In this document: positions 61,801 to 64,000 of the stretch, piece after piece
Layout: each line of letters begins with the position of its first letter
Position numbering within the stretch: position 1 is the stretch's first letter
Origin: Trypanosoma brucei
Lineage: Eukaryota
NCBI GenBank assembly: GCA_000002445.1
Contig: CP000070.1
Coordinates: 800,001 to 864,000 of the forward strand
Direction of reading: 5' to 3'
Length of the DNA: 64,000 bases
Program-made: the position numbers and the translations under genes
Notes under the pieces: generated by a model
Seen by the model: the letters and a program-made list of their open reading frames with translations, nothing else
What the model was told of the DNA's origin: nothing
Databases searched by the model: none

Positions 61801-64000
61801 CTTGTCACCATCAGTATTGCGAAGCTCCTCATTTTCAGCGCGTAGTTCGGCAAGTTGCTCCTCCATCTCATGAAGTTTCTCATTCTGCACATCAAGTTCA
61901 CGTGCCTTGTCACCATCAGTATTGCGAAGCTCCTCATTTTCAGCGCGTAGTTCAGCAAGTTGCTCCTCCATCTCATGAAGTTTCTCATTCTGCACATCAA
62001 GTTCACGTGCCTTGTCACCATCAGTATTGCGAAGCTCCTCATTTTCAGCGCGTAGTTCAGCAAGTTGCTCCTCCATCTCATGAAGTTTCTCATTCTGCAC
62101 ATCAAGTTCACGTGCCTTGTCACCATCAGTATTGCGAAGCTCCTCATTTTCAGCGCGTAGTTCAGCAAGTTGCTCCTCCATCTCATGAAGTTTCTCATTC
62201 TGCACATCAAGTTCACGTGCCTTGTCCCCTTCAGTATTGCGAAGCTCCTCATTTTCAGCGCGTAGTTCAGCAAGTTGCTCCTCCATCTCATGAAGTTTCT
62301 CATTCTGCACATCAAGTTCACGTGCCTTGTCACCATCAGTATTGCGAAGCTCCTCATTTTCAGCGCGTAGTTCAGCAAGTTGCTCCTCCATCTCATGAAG
62401 TTTCTCATTCTGCACATCAAGTTCACGTGCCTTGTCACCATCAGTATTGCGAAGCTCCTCATTTTCAGCGCGTAGTTCAGCAAGTTGCTCTTCCATCTCA
62501 TGAAGTTTCTCATTCTGTACATCAAGTTCACGTGCCTTGTCACCTTCAGTATTGCGAAGCTCCTCATTCTCAGCGCGTAGTTCAGCAAGTTGCTCCTCCA
62601 TCTCATGAAGTTTCTCATTCTGTACATCAAGTTCACGTGCCTTGTCACCATCAGTATTGCGAAGCTCCTCATTCTCAGCGCGTAGTTCAGCAAGTTGCTC
62701 CTCCATCTCATGAAGTTTCTCATTCTGCACATCAAGTTCACGTGCCTTGTCACCATCAGTATTGCGAAGCTCCTCATTTTCAGCGCGTAGTTCAGCAAGT
62801 TGCTCCTCCATCTCATGAAGTTTCTCATTCTGCACATCAAGTTCACGTGCCTTGTCACCATCAGTATTGCGAAGCTCCTCATTCTCAGCGCGTAGTTCAG
62901 CAAGTTGCTCCTCCATCTCATGAAGTTTCTCATTCTGCACATCAAGTTCACGTGCCTTGTCACCATCAGTATTGCGAAGCTCCTCATTCTCAGCGCGTAG
63001 TTCAGCAAGTTGCTCCTCCATCTCATGAAGTTTCTCATTCTGTACATCAAGTTCACGTGCCTTGTCACCATCAGTATTGCGAAGCTCCTCATTCTCAGCG
63101 CGTAGTTCAGCAAGTTGCTCTTCCATCTCATGAAGTTTCTCATTCTGCACATCAAGTTCACGTGCCTTGTCACCATCAGTATTGCGAAGCTCCTCATTCT
63201 CAGCGCGTAGTTCAGCAAGTTGCTCCTCCATCTCATGAAGTTTCTCGTTCTGCACATCAAGTTCACGTGCCTTGTCACCATCAGTATTGCGAAGCTCCTC
63301 ATTTTCAGCGCGTAGTTCAGCAAGTTGCTCCTCCATCTCATGAAGTTTCTCATTCTGCACATCAAGTTCACGTGCCTTGTCACCATCAGTATTGCGAAGC
63401 TCCTCATTCTCAGCGCGTAGTTCAGCAAGTTGCTCCTCCATCTCATGAAGTTTCTCATTCTGCACATCAAGTTCACGTGCCTTGTCCCCTTCAGTATTGC
63501 GAAGCTCCTCATTCTCAGTGCGTAGTCCATTTATCTTCTGTTCAAGTTCTTTTTGTAGGTAGAGAAGTTGCTGATTTCTTACTTCTAGTTCTCTTAATTT
63601 AGCGTGCTGCTCCTCTCGTATTCCTGTATTTTCGGTGCGCACTTCTCGGAGTTGTTCAACTAGTTCTTGGACTCTTCCTGATTGGACGCATAGATCGAGT
63701 GACTTTTCCACTTCGTGTTCGCGTAGCTGTTCGTTTTCTTTTTGTAGTTCGTTGGCATCTTGCTGTAGTTGTCGTAGTTGTGAATTTAGCTCCTCTATTT
63801 GATTTGTTTTACTGTTACAAATTTGCTGGAGATTGCTGTGAGATTCAGATAAAGTTCTCATCTGCCGATGTACATCCTGTATGTATTCGCTCTGCTTTTT
63901 TGCATCTACAGATATAATTTCATTATTTTTACAGAGTTCCTCATTTTCCCTAGCCAGAGTATTTAATTGGTTCTCTACAGCAGTTAGCCGCGCCTGTTGT
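58888..64000 (-). CDS. Giant coiled-coil protein with about 22 tandem 35-aa repeats (consensus ..NTDGDKARELDVQNEKLHEMEEQLAELRAENEELR..); its 5' end lies beyond the window
   Basis: Stop at 58888. The reading frame stays open through the ATG at 63861 and on to nt 64000; I checked the codons upstream of 63861 by hand. The protein is heptad-rich and E/K/L/R-dominated throughout, with a short non-coiled segment near DAANACRVYRDCVSNVTFTPSG. Confidence 0.85.
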   Translation of the reverse strand, partial: QQARLTAVENQLNTLARENEELCKNNEIISVDAKKQSEYIQDVHRQMRTLSESHSNLQQICNSKTNQIEELNSQLRQLQQDANELQKENEQLREHEVEKSLDLCVQSGRVQELVEQLREVRTENTGIREEQHAKLRELEVRNQQLLYLQKELEQKINGLRTENEELRNTEGDKARELDVQNEKLHEMEEQLAELRAENEELRNTDGDKARELDVQNEKLHEMEEQLAELRAENEELRNTDGDKARELDVQNEKLHEMEEQLAELRAENEELRNTDGDKARELDVQNEKLHEMEEQLAELRAENEELRNTDGDKARELDVQNEKLHEMEEQLAELRAENEELRNTDGDKARELDVQNEKLHEMEEQLAELRAENEELRNTDGDKARELDVQNEKLHEMEEQLAELRAENEELRNTDGDKARELDVQNEKLHEMEEQLAELRAENEELRNTDGDKARELDVQNEKLHEMEEQLAELRAENEELRNTEGDKARELDVQNEKLHEMEEQLAELRAENEELRNTDGDKARELDVQNEKLHEMEEQLAELRAENEELRNTDGDKARELDVQNEKLHEMEEQLAELRAENEELRNTEGDKARELDVQNEKLHEMEEQLAELRAENEELRNTDGDKARELDVQNEKLHEMEEQLAELRAENEELRNTDGDKARELDVQNEKLHEMEEQLAELRAENEELRNTDGDKARELDVQNEKLHEMEEQLAELRAENEELRNTDGDKARELDVQNEKLHEMEEQLAELRAENEELRNTDGDKARELDVQNEKLHEMEEQLAELRAENEELRNTDGDKARELDVQNEKLHEMEEQLAELRAENEELRNTDGDKARELDVQNEKLHEMEEQLAELRAENEELRNTDGDKARELDVQNEKLHEMEEQLAELRAENEELRNTEGDKARELDVQNEKLHEMEEQLAELRTENEELRRSNELFSLRNDDRDVSRDAKDGAMKIDSDGEYLLKEKSADVDVSGDGDGIGVIKNELILVKRENIDLRSVDDENSKEIECLLSDVKELRLKLSEISSENDELRKELDIKSHELVVQGELLQELGDRLKEFLTQNEQLRGTDELRVDELDKQQRRLRDMEEQVMELQAVNERKTNELVSQSDGLRKAVDALKKLRSGVDVVDASSHNDRPSVLMSNALDDLEEALNEPSRGGEEERKHDSRWMASMEGDCMVSSQCVQLQGERLDELLKNKPEELRCAVVVDAANACRVYRDCVSNVTFTPSGRVVEFDVTHPSSIHPSEIAQRLQHYPFRETQRLLLGSSIGTNDAGGGNLTMSSFLRRACGVMVDEQGVFVDEVLSRLVIERSSLSSLQCLLVVGFLNRDRIRAKREGDLLDELEERATEHTEMLENMEEMVVLLDEARQAECTVRSELFAREEELLELRCTQDRDKKFRDEMLLSLFNMLEKARSSHVEVARGKVEELMSGVYLVGELEQEVKKLSEENAALREELEQREITHKEDLDALNRKIAALLLELDEKGFEYTDTIGKLDEFVNVLEGARAAEKAALMALEAREQELFDLQDAKDDEMREVEAVMQQLEARIEELQGGMPVPLPWTSSEHLGETGNSTTSAVTVPSASNLAVGGTDIISSMRHQLERLKREKEALMVELQSKGRQHDDVVDELNRNIGGLMTDLDSRIRGCQVSATSAKELLREISLLRSVEEGEDDEDEGDATGCPTTHLGGPWAHH
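61195..63530. repeat. Tandem array of about 22 x 105-bp near-identical repeats, the coding repeats of the coiled-coil gene
   Basis: Measured period is 105 bp: cttgtcacca recurs at 61381 and 61486. Units differ at only a few positions, such as gtcccct vs gtcacca, cattctc vs cattttc, ttcagcaag vs ttcggcaag and ctgcac vs ctgtac. The array is open in all three frames, which produces the artefactual 776-aa plus-strand and 779-aa minus-strand ORFs. Confidence 0.95.

Noticed and set aside
61191-63602. Two very long ORFs (776 aa on plus, 779 aa on minus, off-frame) overlapping the coiled-coil gene
   Set aside because: They exist only because the 105-bp repeat lacks stops in several frames. Their translations (HQYCEAPHFQRVV.. 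and RMRSFAILMVTRHVNLMCR..) are low-complexity and Cys/His-rich, unlike the in-frame heptad coiled coil. I treated them as artefacts of the repeat.

Overview
This window looks like a trypanosomatid nuclear chromosome segment, probably Trypanosoma: it has no introns, long unidirectional gene arrays, pyrimidine-rich intergenic tracts, (AC)n and (GT)n microsatellites and moderate GC content. I see no sign of a prokaryotic defence system or operon. The species call rests on composition and gene content only, not on any database search.

Two polycistronic transcription units converge on a strand-switch region of roughly 1.5 kb at about 34.8-36.3 kb.

- **Plus-strand unit (1-34.8 kb):** the 3' end of a CaaX-terminated gene; a 5,290-aa cytoplasmic dynein heavy chain; a PhnP/PqqB-like metallo-beta-lactamase-fold protein; an AP-1-type clathrin adaptor mu subunit; two degenerate kinases (pseudokinases); a ChaC gamma-glutamylcyclotransferase; a WD40 protein; and several hypotheticals.
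- **Minus-strand unit (64 down to 36.3 kb):** a giant coiled-coil protein with about 22 nearly identical 35-aa (105-bp) tandem repeats, truncated at the window edge; an ATG8-family ubiquitin-like protein; a MORN-repeat protein; an S/A/P-rich low-complexity protein; a WD40 protein; mitochondrial-type IF-2; and an 808-aa hypothetical. At the very end of the unit, abutting the convergent termination region, sits a tandemly duplicated 2.2-kb unit. Each copy encodes a signal-peptide-bearing, alanine-rich, predicted helical surface protein resembling the VSG / haptoglobin-hemoglobin-receptor group.

The most interesting observation is in that duplication. Copy A ends in a 17-residue GPI-anchor signal. 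In copy B a short 3' coding segment has been swapped for unrelated sequence, which creates an early stop. The intact GPI-signal coding sequence is left behind, untranslated, downstream of that stop.

The supplied ORF track accepts TTG and GTG as start codons, so I trimmed gene starts to the first in-frame ATG where I could verify it in the sequence.
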